From the NCBI RefSeq assembly GCF_006345805.1, contig NC_043020.1:11284001-11348000 (forward strand): 64,000 nucleotides of DNA, in the 5' to 3' direction. Below are positions 39,879-52,546 of the stretch, in pieces. The position numbers and the translations under genes are program-made. The notes under the pieces were generated by a model. That model saw only the letters and a program-made list of their open reading frames with translations. It was not told where the DNA came from and did not search any database. Each line of letters begins with the position of its first letter. Within the stretch, counting starts at the first letter, position 1. Source of the stretch: Octopus sinensis (taxonomy: Eukaryota).

Positions 39879-40236
39879 TATGTGTAAATGTGTGCATGGA
39901 TAAGTGTACGCATATGTGCGTTGTGTGTGTGTGCGTGTGTGTGTGTGTGCGTTTGTATGTGTAAATGTATGCATGGATGCGTGTACGCATATGTGCGTTG
40001 TGTGTGTGTGTGCGTGTGTGTGTGTGTGTGTGTGCGTTTGTATGTGTAAATGTGTGCATGGATGAGTGTACGCATATGTGCGTTGTGTGTGTGTGTGTGC
40101 GTTTGTATGTGTAAATGTGTGCATGGATGAGTGTACGCATATGTGCGTTGTGTGTGTGTGTGTGTGTGTGTGTGCGTTTGTATGTGTAAATGTGTGCATG
40201 GATGCGTGTACGCATATGTGCGTTGTGTGTGTGTGT
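39262..40236. repeat. About 60-65-bp compound minisatellite, about 16 copies
   Basis: Unit gtttgtatgtgtaaatgtgtgcatggatgagtgtacgcatatgtgcgtt plus variable (GT)n. Confidence 0.92.
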
Positions 40237-40743
40237 GCATGTGTGAATGTTTAAGTGTGTGCATACGTGAATGTATTTGTCTACATTTATTGGTATGTAT
40301 GTATGTATGTATGTATGTATGTATGCGTGTGCATAACAGTATGTTAACATGTGCGTATATGTGTGCATATGTGCATGTGTATCTGTGTGTATATATCTGT
40401 ATGTCTGTGCGTCGTTTTACTTTCATTCATTATCCCTTTCTCTATTTCTCAATCAACCTGTCGTAGATGTGGTTCTCTCTCTCTCCCCTCTCTCTCTTTC
40501 CTCTCCCTTCTACCCCTCTTACTGTCTTTCTGTCACTCTCTATCTATTGTGATCTGTCTGGCCCTTCCTCTCACCCTTCCCTCTCCCTTTCCCTCTTCTC
40601 CCCTTCCATCGACCCATTTCCCCCTCTCTCAGTCTATCTCTGTCTGCCTATCTGTCTCAGTGTATCTCTCTCTCCCCCTCTCACCTTTCCTTTAATATCC
40701 TATCAGTCCCTTCCTCTCACTTTACCTCCTTTCTCTCCTTCAA

Positions 40744-40784
<41 letters not shown>

Positions 40785-40809
40785 AAATATCCTATCCTAT
40801 TATATTATT

Positions 40810-41065
40810 ACTCTTTTACTTGTTTCAGTCATTTGACTGTGGCCATGCTGGAGCACCGCCTTTAGTCGAGCAAATCGACCCCAGGACTTACTTATTCTTT
40901 GTAAGCCTAGTACTTATTCTATCGGTCTCTTAGGCCGAACTGCTAAGTTACGGGGACGTAAACACACCACCGTCGGTTGTTAAGCGATGTTGGGGGGACA
41001 AACACAGGCACACAAACATATACACATACATACATACATACATACATACATACATAATATATGTG

Positions 41066-41110
<45 letters not shown>

Positions 41111-41111
41111 T

Positions 41112-41162
<51 letters not shown>

Positions 41163-41218
41163 TGTGTACATATATACGACGGGCTTCTTTCAGTTTCCGT
41201 CTACCAAATCCACTCACA
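40810..41218 (-). mobile_element. SINE family C (head missing)
   Basis: Family C consensus. Confidence 0.88.
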
Positions 41219-41440
41219 ATTCTTCGATAATGCCAAAAAGTCGACAGTCTGGTCCTAATGTACCCAAAAATTTGAATGTTGCAAACTTTAAATTATCAAG
41301 CAACTTGAAAAGAGTCCACGATGCTACAGAAAGTATCGATCTTGACCCAAACAATCTATAGGAAGATTTCAAAACAAAAGTATTTCAGGCTGCAAGTTCT
41401 TCAGTACGATTTAAATCACCTAAGTCCAGTGACTGGTTCG
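41219..41440 (+). mobile_element. RTE LINE internal fragment (APE-RT linker)
   Basis: PKNLNVANFK..EDFKTKVFQAASSSVRFKSPKSSDWF. Confidence 0.6.
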
Positions 41441-42035
41441 CTCTTGAGTGCTACTGGTACCATGTAACCCAGTACAGCCTGCCGCATGGTCGTGTCGTCG
41501 GCGACTAAACTGGCAACCCCACCAGGCTTGCTTGGTGAGGAGGGCGATTGTTGGACATCCTGACTGGTTCGCTCTTGAGTGCTACTGGTACCATGTAACC
41601 CAGTACAGCCTGCCGCATGGTCGTGTCGTCGGCGACTAAACTGGCAACCCCACCAGGCTTGCTGAGTGAGGAGGGAGGCGATTGTTGGACATCCTGCTGG
41701 TTCCGCTCTTGAGTGGACTACTGGTTACCATGTAACCCAGTACAGCCTGCCGCATGGTCGTCGTGTCGTCGGCGACTAAACTGGCAACCCCACCAGGCTT
41801 GCTTGGTGAGGAGGTTGATTGTTGGACATCCTGACTGGTTCGCTCTTGAGTGCTACTGGTACCATGTAACCCAGTACAGCCTGCCGCATGGTCGTGTCGT
41901 CGGCGACTAAACTGGCAACCCCACCAGGCTTGCTTGGTGAAGAGGGCGATTGTTGGACATCCTGCAGGATGAAAAATAAGACCCGTCAAAGAGCGGAGGA
42001 ACTCTTGAGCAATCAACGGCCATCCAGCAAAATAT
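41431..42035 (+). repeat. 4 x 131-bp tandem repeat of a probable RTE 5' UTR followed by an ORF start
   Basis: Units start at 41431, 41562, about 41695 and 41832; the last runs into ATG 41969 MKNKTRQRAEELLSNQRPSSK. Confidence 0.75.
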
Positions 42036-42082
42036 TTGTAAATATGCATATATCTTTTTTATTCTCATATCTCTTTTACTCA

Positions 42083-42475
42083 TTCTCTTTTTACTTGTTT
42101 CAGTCATTTTGACTGCGGCCATGCTGGAGCACCGCCTTTAATCGAGCAAATCGACCCCGGGACTTATTCTTTGGAAGCCCAGTACTTATTCTATCGGTCT
42201 CTTTTGCCGAACCGCTAAGTGACGGGGACATAAACACACCAGCATCGGTTGTCAGGCAATGCTAGTGGGACAAACACAGAGACACAAACATACACGCACA
42301 TACATATATATACATATATATGACAGGCTTCTTTCAGTTTCCGTCTACCAAATCCACTCACAAGGCTTTGATCGGCCCGAGCCTATAGTAGAAGACACTT
42401 GCCCAAGGTGCCATGCAGTGGGACTGAACCCGGAACCATGTGGTTCGTAAACAAGCTACTTACCACACAGCCACA
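42083..42475 (-). mobile_element. SINE family C
   Basis: Family C consensus. Confidence 0.9.
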
Positions 42476-42609
42476 CTTTTATACATATATTATTTATATT
42501 TAAATCTTACTTTATTTATATTTTTAAATTGCATATCTTTTACTTTTTATATTTATATATATTATTTATATTTAATTCTTATTTATATTAGCAATGTAGT
42601 ACTTTTTTT

Positions 42610-43425
42610 ATGCTTGGATCAGCTACTCCGCGTCGGTCAGCGGAGTGATATTTGATTACTATATAGAGTGTTTGAGTGTCGGTTTGTTGTCTGGAATAGG
42701 ATAGCTTACTTCATGGGCAGGTAGAAGCTCTTTAACCTTGGTTGGTAATCTACCTAGGAGAAGGAAATCTCCGAAATAAAACCCGAGGCCTTGGAAGTTC
42801 CTGGTTTCGTCAGTTTTCATGTCATACCGGCGAAAGTCTTCTTGGCCACTAGGTGGGGTGGGGGTAGTGCAGTGCAAACTACACCCACTGAAAATTATTC
42901 ATCTGCACAGGTACTTCCTGTGCACCAAATCTTAGTAAAATCATTGAAGTAGTTGGTTGGCAGAAACCTAAAAATGCACTTGTAACTTACTCTAAAAATA
43001 TCTCAAACATATTTTGTAAATGACAAAAAAGACTTGGGAACGTCAGGGAAACAGGTCTGGATCGGCAGGTGTCCCAGTGTATCACAGGCTAGACCCAGTC
43101 GTCATCCTGCCACTGTAGTCAAACAATCTTCAAGAAAAAGTAAAAATAAACATCCTCTGAATGTTGGCTGTTGGAATGTGCACACACTTCTCTATAATAA
43201 TTTCAACAAGAAGCCAGAAAAGCGTACTGAATTTAGTGCATGTGAACTTAAGAAATATTCCCTTGATATAGTTAGTTGCACGCTCTGAAACTCGTCTCTC
43301 TGGTGAAGGTCAAATAAATGAACCTACTTATGGATATACTATCTTTTGGAGAGGCCTACCTAAGGGTCAGTGTAGAGAATCTGGTGTTGGGTTTGCTCTC
43401 AAGAACTCATTAGTATTTTCCATTG
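42610..43425 (+). mobile_element. RTE LINE 5' end (5' UTR and APE N-terminus), ending at (CATA)n
   Basis: LNVGCWNVHTL..PEKRT....ELKKYSLDIV..ETRLSGEGQINE..YTIFWRG...RESGVGFAL. Confidence 0.82.
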
Positions 43426-43961
43426 CATACATACATACATACATACATACATACATACATGCATGCATGCATACATACATACATACATACATACATACAT
43501 ACATACATACATACATGCATGCATACATACATACATACATACATACATACATACATACATACATACATACATACATACATACATACATAAATAATACATA
43601 CATACATACATACTTACATACATACATACATACATAAATACATACATACATACACACATACATACATACATACATACATACATACATACATACATACATA
43701 CATACATACATACATACATACATACATACATGTACAAAGAATGTTGGGTGTATTCGACGAAAACTCACGCGTTGACAGCATATTAATCGGAAGATAAATT
43801 TATAACGGAGAAAGAGATAGCAAACAATAAGATTTGAGTAAGTTGAATAAGCGACAATTTATTCCTCTCGTTATAAAAATAAGATTGCCAAAAACAGAAT
43901 GATGACAATATTACACGGTGGTCCATTTTGACTAAGATTTTCTTAGAATAAAGAAAGGATT

Positions 43962-44252
43962 ATGCAGAACGAAGCAGGTGAATTCTTGGATATGTATATC
44001 CCAAGGAAATGTTCAACCAGTAACAGCATTATTGCTACCAAAGATCATGCTTCTGTACAAATAAACATCGTTGAAGTTGATGTTACTACAGGCAGAATGA
44101 CAGGTTCAAACAAAACATATGCGATTTGCGGGAAGATTCGACAGATGGGTGAATCTGATGACAGTATTTGCCGCTTAGTAAAAAGGGGTGGAATTATTGC
44201 AAAAAAATTATTGTATACTAGCAGTATCGCCCGGCGTTGCTCGGGTTTGTAA
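43962..44252 (+). pseudogene. RPS21: 40S ribosomal protein S21 (eS21) intronless retrocopy
   Basis: [53 protein letters not shown]; no introns; native stop missing, and the ORF ends inside a Helitron. Confidence 0.88.
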
Positions 44253-44614
44253 GGGAAATAACTATATAAGCATTTTTAGAGAGTTATAGCCAAAAAATAG
44301 AAAAAAAATGCATTAAAAATGGAAAAAAAATTAAGGTAAATTTTTTTTTTAATCGTTGACACATCGTAGATATTTTTAGAGAGTTACTTCCCTTATATAA
44401 TAGCGAAAAAATGCATTAAAATGGAAAAATATGATGGTAAATTTTTTTTAAATCGTAGACTCATCGTAGACACGCGCTAATACCCAGAAGGGCTCGATAT
44501 GAATCACGACTATAAGATACCCGGTTTTGGTTCCACTGCACCGCAAAATGTGGGAGTAGTTAGGAATCTAAATCGTAGGATATAGACACACAACTTCACT
44601 TTTATATATAAAGA
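44218..44614 (-). mobile_element. Non-autonomous Helitron
   Basis: The minus strand begins A|TCTTTATATATAAAA and ends in the hairpin CCCGAGCAACGCCGGG plus CTAG|T; no TSD. Confidence 0.85.
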
Positions 44615-45134
44615 TTACAGTCAAGAACAAAGATTTAAATGACTTCGGTTCTGTTGGTTCTGGTGATGTGGCTGTGGTCTGCTACCGGAGAAGGCTGGTT
44701 GAAGAAAGCTGTGTGGCAGGCTGGTGTCTGGTTCATCGACGCTGGTCCAAATAGATGTGTTGTGTGTGGTCAATGGCTGCTGCTAAAGAGCAAGCGAGGC
44801 AGAATACAAGGGTTTTTATAACCTTGAGTAGGCTCCAGAGACAAAATGGTCTTTCCCGCGTTGAAAACAAACTGTTGCAAACACGCGATTGGACAGTTAG
44901 GAACCGACCAAAATATGCAACTAGTGTGGCAAGCCACTGGATCATGTGACTCAATGGAAAGAAAAGGTCTGTTGAGCCTATTCTGCAGTATTTAAGCTTA
45001 AACAACCAAACGCAATAAAAGCATTACAAATTTAGCGAAAGCATATTTCTCGACATCAAATTAATCGAAAGTCATATTCGTAGAAAAAACAGAAATACAT
45101 CCAAACTTAAAATGACTAATTTTTTAAAAGACAG

Positions 45135-45318
45135 TTACTCTCTTTTTATTCTTTTTACTTGTTTCAGTCATTTGACTGCGGCCATGCCAGAGCACCGCCT
45201 TTAGTCGAGCAACTCGACCCCGGGACTTATTCTTTTGTAAGCCCAGTACTTATTCTATCGGTCTCTTTTTTCGAACCGCTAAGTAACGGGGACAAACACA
45301 GACACACAAACACACACA

Positions 45319-45369
<51 letters not shown>

Positions 45370-45532
45370 GACGGGCTTCTTTCAGTTTCTGTCTACCAAA
45401 TCCACTCACAAGGCTTTGGTCGGCCCGAGGCTATAGTAGAAGACACTTGCCAAAGGTGCCACGCAGTGGGACTGAACCCGGAACCATGTGGTTGGTAAAC
45501 AAGCTACTTACCACACAGCCACTCCTGCGCCT
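45135..45532 (-). mobile_element. SINE family C
   Basis: Family C consensus. Confidence 0.9.
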
Positions 45533-45997
45533 TAATATCTATTCTAAAATGTAACGAATATTTTTTTAAATAAAATACATTTTCCATTTGTTTTCAAATT
45601 ATCTATCATTTTTATACAAACATATTTCTTAATAGAAAATGATAGAAATTTAACCTTGATTGATTCTTTGAATATCTCAACCTTTTTGGCTAAGATCAAA
45701 GTTTAAATTTAAAACGATAAACACTAATTACGGTCTTAATTGATAAATAGATAAACGCTAATTACATGGTCAAATGATAAATAGATAGATATAACGGTCT
45801 GTGTGTGTGTGTGTGTTCAAGTCTGTGCATGTGTGCGTGTGCGTTGGTTTGTAAGCGTGTGTATATACCTTTCTTTTACGCTTTGGTTCTTTTATTTGTA
45901 TCAACCATTAGACCGTGACCATGTTAGGAAATCTCCTTGAAGAGTTTTGTTGTGATAAGAGTCACGATGCGCCCTTGAGAGACATAGACTGGACTAG

Positions 45998-46368
45998 GGG
46001 GGGGGGAGAAGCACTCCGTCGGTTACGACGACGAGGGTTCCGGTTGATCCGAATCAACGGAACAGCCTGCTCGTGAAATTAACGTGTAAGTGGCTGAGCA
46101 CTCCACAGACACGTGTACCCTTAATGTAGTTCAAGGGGATATTCAGCGTGACACAGAGAGTGACAAGGCCGGCCCCTTGAAATACAGGTACAACAGAAAC
46201 AGGAAGTAAGAGTGAGAAAACGTTGTGGTGAAAGAGTACAGCAGGGATCACCACCATCCCCTGCCGGAGCCTCGTGGAGCTTTAGGTGTTTTCGCCCGGT
46301 CTGGGAATCGAAACCGCGATCCTATGACCGTGAGTCCGCTGCCCTAACCACTGGGCCATTGCGCCTCC
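45998..46368 (-). mobile_element. SINE family A with TSD inside the LTR
   Basis: TSD a(t/c)agactggacta; C-run tail. Confidence 0.9.
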
Positions 46369-46437
46369 ACAGACTGGACTAAAGCGATTATAACTAGTAG
46401 CGACCGGAGTGAAGTTTGTGTGTTAGTTCGAGTTGAG

Positions 46438-46895
46438 GGATCTTTTCCTTTTGAACGGCAGTTTTCAACACAATTTCTAGTTAACTAAATACTTTTAAAC
46501 TTCGTATACTGGTAGAATGTGTCAAAATAAAACATTTTTTTCTCTTGGCTTTCTTGAGAAAATTGTAATTTGTAAGTTTAACGTAGTTTAATTTTTCGAA
46601 TTTTAACCAATCTTATGGCCTCAATTGAGCTAAAATCATTTGTTGCGTCTAAAACTGAGACAACATCCTGTTACTAACCCTAACTCTAACCCTAACCCTA
46701 ACCTTCACCCTCACCCTAACCCCAACCCTAAATTTTAGCCTTTCGTTTTTGTTTTCTTAATTGTTAAATTAATTTAAGGATAACAATTAAGAAAAAAAAA
46801 CGAAAGGCTAAAACGAAAGCAAAAACTCAAAACAAAAACAAAACGAATAATTTTAGACACACGCGTAGCAATTAAATTAATTTAACAATTAAGAA
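46438..46895. mobile_element. MITE relative of 52835-53256 with (TAACCC)n-like repeats
   Basis: Same GGATCTTTTC..TGAACGGCAGTTTT end; telomere-like repeats 46674-46731. Confidence 0.65.
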
Positions 46896-46896
46896 A

Positions 46897-47026
46897 ACAT
46901 GGTTCCGGGTTCAGTCCCACTGCATGGCACTTGGGCAAGTGTCTTCTGCTATAGCCTCGGGCCGACCAAAGCCTTGTGAGTGGATTTGGTAGACGGAAAC
47001 TGAAAAGAAGCCCATCGATATATATA

Positions 47027-47084
<58 letters not shown>

Positions 47085-47120
47085 GATGAGTGTATTTTAC
47101 CTTGTTAACAATTAACACGG

Positions 47121-47166
<46 letters not shown>

Positions 47167-47394
47167 ATATATATGCGTGTAGTGTTGTGTGTGTCTGTGT
47201 TTGTCCCCCTAGCATTGCTTGACAACCGATGCTGGTGTTGTTTATGTCCCCGTCACTTAGCGGTTCGGCAAAAGAGACCGATAGAATAAGTACTGGGCTT
47301 ACAAAAAGAATAAGTCCCGGGGTCGAGTTGCTCAATTAAAGGCGGTGCTCCAGCATGGCTGCAGTCAAATAACAGAAACAAGTAAAAGAGTAAA

Positions 47395-47397
<3 letters not shown>
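46897..47397 (+). mobile_element. SINE family C with expanded internal (TA)n
   Basis: Family C consensus. Confidence 0.85.
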
Positions 47398-47429
<32 letters not shown>

Positions 47430-48040
47430 AGAGGTATTCCTAAGAGCGTGGGGAAAGTTTATAAAACTCAAATATCTAAAAGTAATAAAACAAATATATT
47501 CAAATTATAAAAATAATTTTAAAAATATATACATACAGTACATTATTGTTTCTACTTTCGCGGATTTTCACTTATCGCGGGAGTGGGGTTAAAACGTAAC
47601 ACCCGGGAAAGTTGAGGGATTACTATATTGATTGTTGGTTCGTGAAGAGAATGCTGGATCGTTTCGTTGTTATCACGGCTGCATCGTTATCTTGTTTACT
47701 CTTACTAAACTGGTACAGTGTATCAAAACCATCCGTCATAATATCGTGGAGGTACCACGACATTGGAGACGGAGGATACAACATCTGGCGACGAAGGTTT
47801 CGAAGCTCACGTAGTTTATTTAACAATTTGTTCGTGATACAACTTGTTAAATTATGGAAGACCTATTTGTTTCTGTAGTACAGTTGCAACAACAAGAACA
47901 GCAACAGGAGTTGCAGAAGCAACTAGTATAGCAACAACCACAACAACAATTATTGGAGCTATACGCAGATAAGTCCGAAAATGCTGTAAGTTCGTTTACG
48001 TCAGATAGCGTATCGATCTCCATAACAGAATTCAGTTATA

Positions 48041-48425
48041 TATTTCTTTACTGCCCACAAGGGGCTAAACACAGAGGGGACAAACAAGGGCAGACTAACG
48101 GACTAAGTCGATTATATCGACCCCAGTGCGTAACTGGTCCTTTATTTATCGACCCCGAAAGGATGAAAGGCAAAGTCGACCGCGGCGGAATTTGAACTCA
48201 GAACGTAACGGCAGACGAATGCCTATTTCTTTACTACCCGCAAGGGGCTAAACACAGAGGGGACAAACAAGGATAGACAAACGGACTAAGTCGATTACAT
48301 CGACCCCAGTGCGTAACTGGTCCTTAATCTATCGACCCCGAAAGGATGAAAGGCAAAGTCGACCTCGGCGTAATTTGAACTCAGAACATAAAGACAGACG
48401 AAATATGGCTACGCATTTCGCCGCC
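48041..48425 (-). mobile_element. SINE family B dimer
   Basis: Two Meta-like cores. Confidence 0.88.
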
Positions 48426-48892
48426 CGAGCATGAACGATACTGTAATTTCATATTGCCCATAAAGTCTAGTGAAGTTTGTTTTCAGGAAACAATCAAATT
48501 GCTGTCTAACATGATCGGTAATAAAAGGTCTCTATTTAACACTCGAATGGAGTGTTGGAATTTAACTAAAAATGAGGAACGTGACTTTATTACGTATGCA
48601 GGAACAGTCAACAAAGTGTGCGAAAACTGCACATTGCGTGACAGGTGACAAATTATACTTCGTAGGCAAACTGTCGAACGATGTCATAGTTCAAAGAAAA
48701 ACTTGCATGGTGAAAGTTTTCGTCGTAAAGAACGCAACCAATCTGTTTGGCACCGACTGGTTGGAGTTATTTTGACTTATGGGATCTCCTGTAAAAAAAA
48801 AATTAATTGTTGAGCCTCGTAGAGGCAGCAGCAGAAAAAGGAAACAGACTATACGCTTAGAAATAATGCCAAAACGAAAAAGATATTGTGAG

Positions 48893-49088
48893 GTATATTT
48901 GCCATCTCAACGTGGCGAACCACTAAGGGTGGGTGTTACTGTAGCTTGTAGCCCCAGGAGAACATCTCCTCCAGCTGGCTTTAGGCACGCCTAAGCCTAA
49001 AGCCTGCAGGAAACGGTGTTCTCCTAAGGCTACAAGCTACAGTAACACCCACCCTTAGTAGTTAGCCATGTTGAGATGGCAAATATAT
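48893..49088. mobile_element. Hairpin MITE, about 195 bp
   Basis: tatatttgccatctcaac..gttgagatggcaaatata; the arms pair almost to the centre; TA flanks. Confidence 0.8.
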
Positions 49089-49478
49089 ATTTCTTTACTA
49101 CCCACAAGGGGCTACACACAGAGAGGACAAACAAGGACAGACAAACGGATTAAGTCGTTTACATCGACCCCAGTGCGTAACTGGTACTTAATTTATCGAC
49201 CCCGAAAGGATGAAAGGCAAAGTCGACCTCGGCGGATTTTGAACTCAGAATGTAACGGCAGACGAAATACGTATTTCTTTATTACCCACAAGGGGCTAAA
49301 CATAGAGGGGACAAACAGACGACAAAGGATAAGTCGATTATATCGATCCAGTGGGAACTGGTACTTAATTCATCGACCCAGAAAGGATGAAAGGCAAAGT
49401 TAACCTCGGCGGAATTTGAACCCGGAACATAATGGTAGACGAAATACGGCTACGCATTTCGCCCGGCGTGCTAACGTT
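49089..49478 (-). mobile_element. SINE family B dimer
   Basis: Two Meta-like cores. Confidence 0.88.
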
Positions 49479-49756
49479 CAGAGATTTATTATTGAAAAAG
49501 ATATTAAATTTTCTATAAAAAAAAAGAGAAAGAGAGAGAGAGAGAGAGTGGTGCTGGAAAAATAAAAATCAAATAAATTTCACTTCACAGGAAAGTCGAA
49601 ATCTCAAAAGAGGAGATTTTGTGATGAGTGTCACGATTTCCCCTTGCGAGAAATAGACTGGACCGAGCGATTATGAATAGTAACAGTCGGAGAACGTTTG
49701 TGTATTAGTTTGAGATGAGTTCATAGTGAAGTCTAAAGTCGTTGTTATTGAATATT

Positions 49757-50136
49757 TGTTTCTTTATACCCCAAGAGGCTAAACATGAGGGACAACAAGG
49801 ACCGACAAAGGGATTAAGTCGATTATATCGACTCCAGTGGGAAACTGGTACTTAATTCATCGACCCAGAAAGGATGAAAGGCAAAGTTAACCTCGGCGGA
49901 ATTTGAACTCAGAACATAAAGACAGACGAAATACCTATTTCTTTATTACCCACAAGGGGCTAAACACAGAGGGGACAAACAAGGACAAACAAACGAATTA
50001 AGTCGATTAGATGGACCCCAGTGCGTAACTGGTCCTTAATTTATCGACCCCGAAAGGATGAAAGGCAAAGTCGACCTCGGCGGAATTTTAACACGGAGCA
50101 TAAAGACAGACGAAATACGGCTACGCATTTCGCCGC
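49757..50136 (-). mobile_element. SINE family B dimer
   Basis: Two Meta-like cores; same head truncation (gcatttcgccgc) as 48041-48425. Confidence 0.88.
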
Positions 50137-50308
50137 TCCTTGAACTGAATTCAGTTATAACCCAGAGGAGGGTATAACTTTTGAAGCGTACTACAGAAGG
50201 TACGTGGAAATTTTTAAGGAAGATTACAAAACCTAGTCAGACGAAGAAACAGTAAGGTAATTTATACCGTAAATTAGCTCCGTCTGAACGATACTGTAAT
50301 TTCATATT

Positions 50309-50715
50309 ACTCTTTACTCTCTTTTACTTGTTTCAGTCATTTGACTGTGGCCATGCTGGAGCACCACCTGTAGTCGAGCAAATCGACCCCGGGACTTATT
50401 CTTTGTAAGCCCAGTACTTATTCTATCGGTCTCTTTTGCCGAACCGCTAAGTAACGGGGACGTAAACACACCAGCATCGGTTGTCAAGCAATGCTAGGGG
50501 ACAAACACAGAAACACAAACATACACAAACATACACGCACATACATATATATACATATATATGATGGGCTTCTTTCAGTTTCCGTCTACCAAATCCACTC
50601 ACAAGGCTTTGGTTGGCCCGAGGCTATAGTAGAAGACACTTGCGCAAGGTGCCACGCAGTGGGACTGAACCCGGAACCATGTGGTTGGTAACCAAGCTAC
50701 TTATCACACAGCCAC
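50309..50715 (-). mobile_element. SINE family C
   Basis: Family C consensus. Confidence 0.9.
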
Positions 50716-50863
50716 GTAACTTCATAGTAAATCATAACTGATCCAAAATAATTTCCGTTTATATTCTTCCTTATATACAGAGCCAAAATATATATTTTTT
50801 TAAATAATTTTGCATGAAAATTTTTTAAAATGTGTGTTAAGAAGTTAATTCGTGATAAAATTT

Positions 50864-51262
50864 GGATCTTTTCGGTTTGACCAGCAGTTTTTTCTAGCGG
50901 TGTCATATGAAATTGTCACCCATAATTATGACTCTAGTATCGATCTATTGCTTTCAGTCTATTTTAGGGTTAGGGTTAGTTAGGGGTTAGGGGAAGGGTA
51001 TCTTTTTTTCTTCGGAAATGTAAATAAACCCAATCTGTTTCTTAAACGAGGGACATATTCATACGACACAGAATGTTTTTACCTCAATAGACGTCAGTGA
51101 TTGGTTGAAATTGCAAAAATTGAAGAAAAAAACAATAAATATCTTACAAACTATAGAATTTTCTCAATAAAGCCAAGAGAAAAAGATGTTTTATAAACAC
51201 ATTCTACCAGTATACGAAGTTTAAAAGTGTTTAGTTCCGTGGAAATTATTTCAAAAAACTGG
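50864..51262. mobile_element. MITE, same family as 52835-53256 (right TIR eroded)
   Basis: Near-identical body including the TTAGGG-like stretch. Confidence 0.85.
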
Positions 51263-51317
51263 GAAAAATTGCCAAGGGAAAAAAATTGATTAAAATCGCT
51301 TATAATTGTAAAACATT

Positions 51318-51717
51318 AGGAGTGGCTGTGTGGCAAGTAGCTTGCTAACGAACTGCATGGTTCCGAGTTCAGTTCCACTGCGTGGCACCTTGGCAAGTGT
51401 CTCCTACTATAGCCTCGGGCCGACCAAAGCCTTGTGAGTGGATTTGGTAGACGGAAACTGAAAAGAAGCCCGTCGTATATATGTATATATATATATATGT
51501 GTTTGTGTGTCTGTGTTTGTCATCCCCCCCCCCACATCGCTTGACAACCGATTCTGGTGTGTTTACGAATCCGTAACATAGCGGTTCGGCAAAAGAGACC
51601 GACAGAATAAGTACGAGGCTTACAAAGAATAAGTAAGTCCTGGGGTCGATTTGCTCGACTAAAGGCGGTGCTCCAGCATGGCCGCAGTCAAATGACTGAA
51701 ACAAGTAAAAGAGTAAA
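51318..51717 (+). mobile_element. SINE family C
   Basis: Family C consensus. Confidence 0.9.
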
Positions 51718-52546
51718 ACAAAGTTTAGCTGTTAATTATTTTGTTAATTGTTGCGTTTAAGTGACCCAAGTGGAAAAATACCCGTTTAATATTGTGCGTG
51801 TGGTGTGTGTGTGTGTGTGTGCAAGGTGGTGAGCTGGAAACCGTTAGCACGCCGGGCAAAATGATTAAGGGCATTTTGTCTGTCTACGTTCTGAGTTCAA
51901 ATGCTGCCAAGGTGGACGTAGCCTTTCGGGGTTGATAAAATAAGTACCAGTTCAGCGCTGGGGATCGAAGTAATCGACTAAAGCCCAAAATTTCTGGCCT
52001 TGTGCCAAAATTTGAAACCAATATTGTGTGTGTGAAGGCGTGTGGTCTTGTTGTTAGATTGTTGAGCAAACGATCACGAGATCGCGGTTTCGATTCCCAG
52101 ACTGGTAGTGCGATGTGTACTTGATTTTATGTTGCACCAGTCCACTCACCTATAAATTAGTAACCCTATCACAGATTAGTGTCCCGTTCAAGAGTGTTGG
52201 CCACTCCGCCTGGCTATAGAGGCGCTGGTATCATTCGAAAGCTACAACAATGTGAAGCGCATTGTGACCAGCGATGTATAATGACATCTGATGATAGTCT
52301 GGTCGATACTGGGACACACACGCAGACACAGATAGCTAGCTAGTATATTGGATAGATATTATCCGTTGGTTGGTTGGTTGGTTAGATAGATAGATAGATA
52401 GATAGATAGCTAACTAGATAGATGGATGCATGCATGCATGCATGCAGACAGGGGAGCACATAAGTGCAAAACAAGGTGGAAAAATAGTACTCGAATACCA
52501 AAGGTAGAGTAATATGCTTATTATTAAAGCTGCCAAATTATCACAG

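Larger units (their letters stand above)
45951..50309 (+). mobile_element. Gypsy-type LTR retrotransposon relic with nested insertions
   Basis: LTR start TGTGA..GTCACGAT at 45951 and 49620 (the latter after purine-rich aaaagaggaga); ..CA-TC-TGGCGACG PBS at about 47783; gag pieces ITEFSY / NPEEGITFEAYYRRY / ERYCNFILP..SLFNTR.EC; Int-like tail RRGSSRKRKQTIRLEI. Confidence 0.7.

Noticed and set aside
39262-40236. CRISPR-like repeat/spacer pattern and 337-409-aa His/Thr-rich ORFs
   Set aside because: Spacers are only (GT)n; the ORFs are repeat translations
41445-41520. Canonical HDV-like ribozyme
   Set aside because: P1-, P2- and P4-like pairings exist but P3/L3 and the G at +1 do not fit; kept only as an unresolved structure
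46674-46731. True telomere or chromosome fusion site
   Set aside because: Short degenerate repeats internal to a multi-copy MITE family
47623-47826. Minus-strand 67-aa ORF
   Set aside because: Overlaps the LTR end and PBS of the Gypsy relic
47850-48023. Cys-rich metallothionein-like peptide on the minus strand
   Set aside because: Antisense of the Gln-rich Gypsy gag N-terminus
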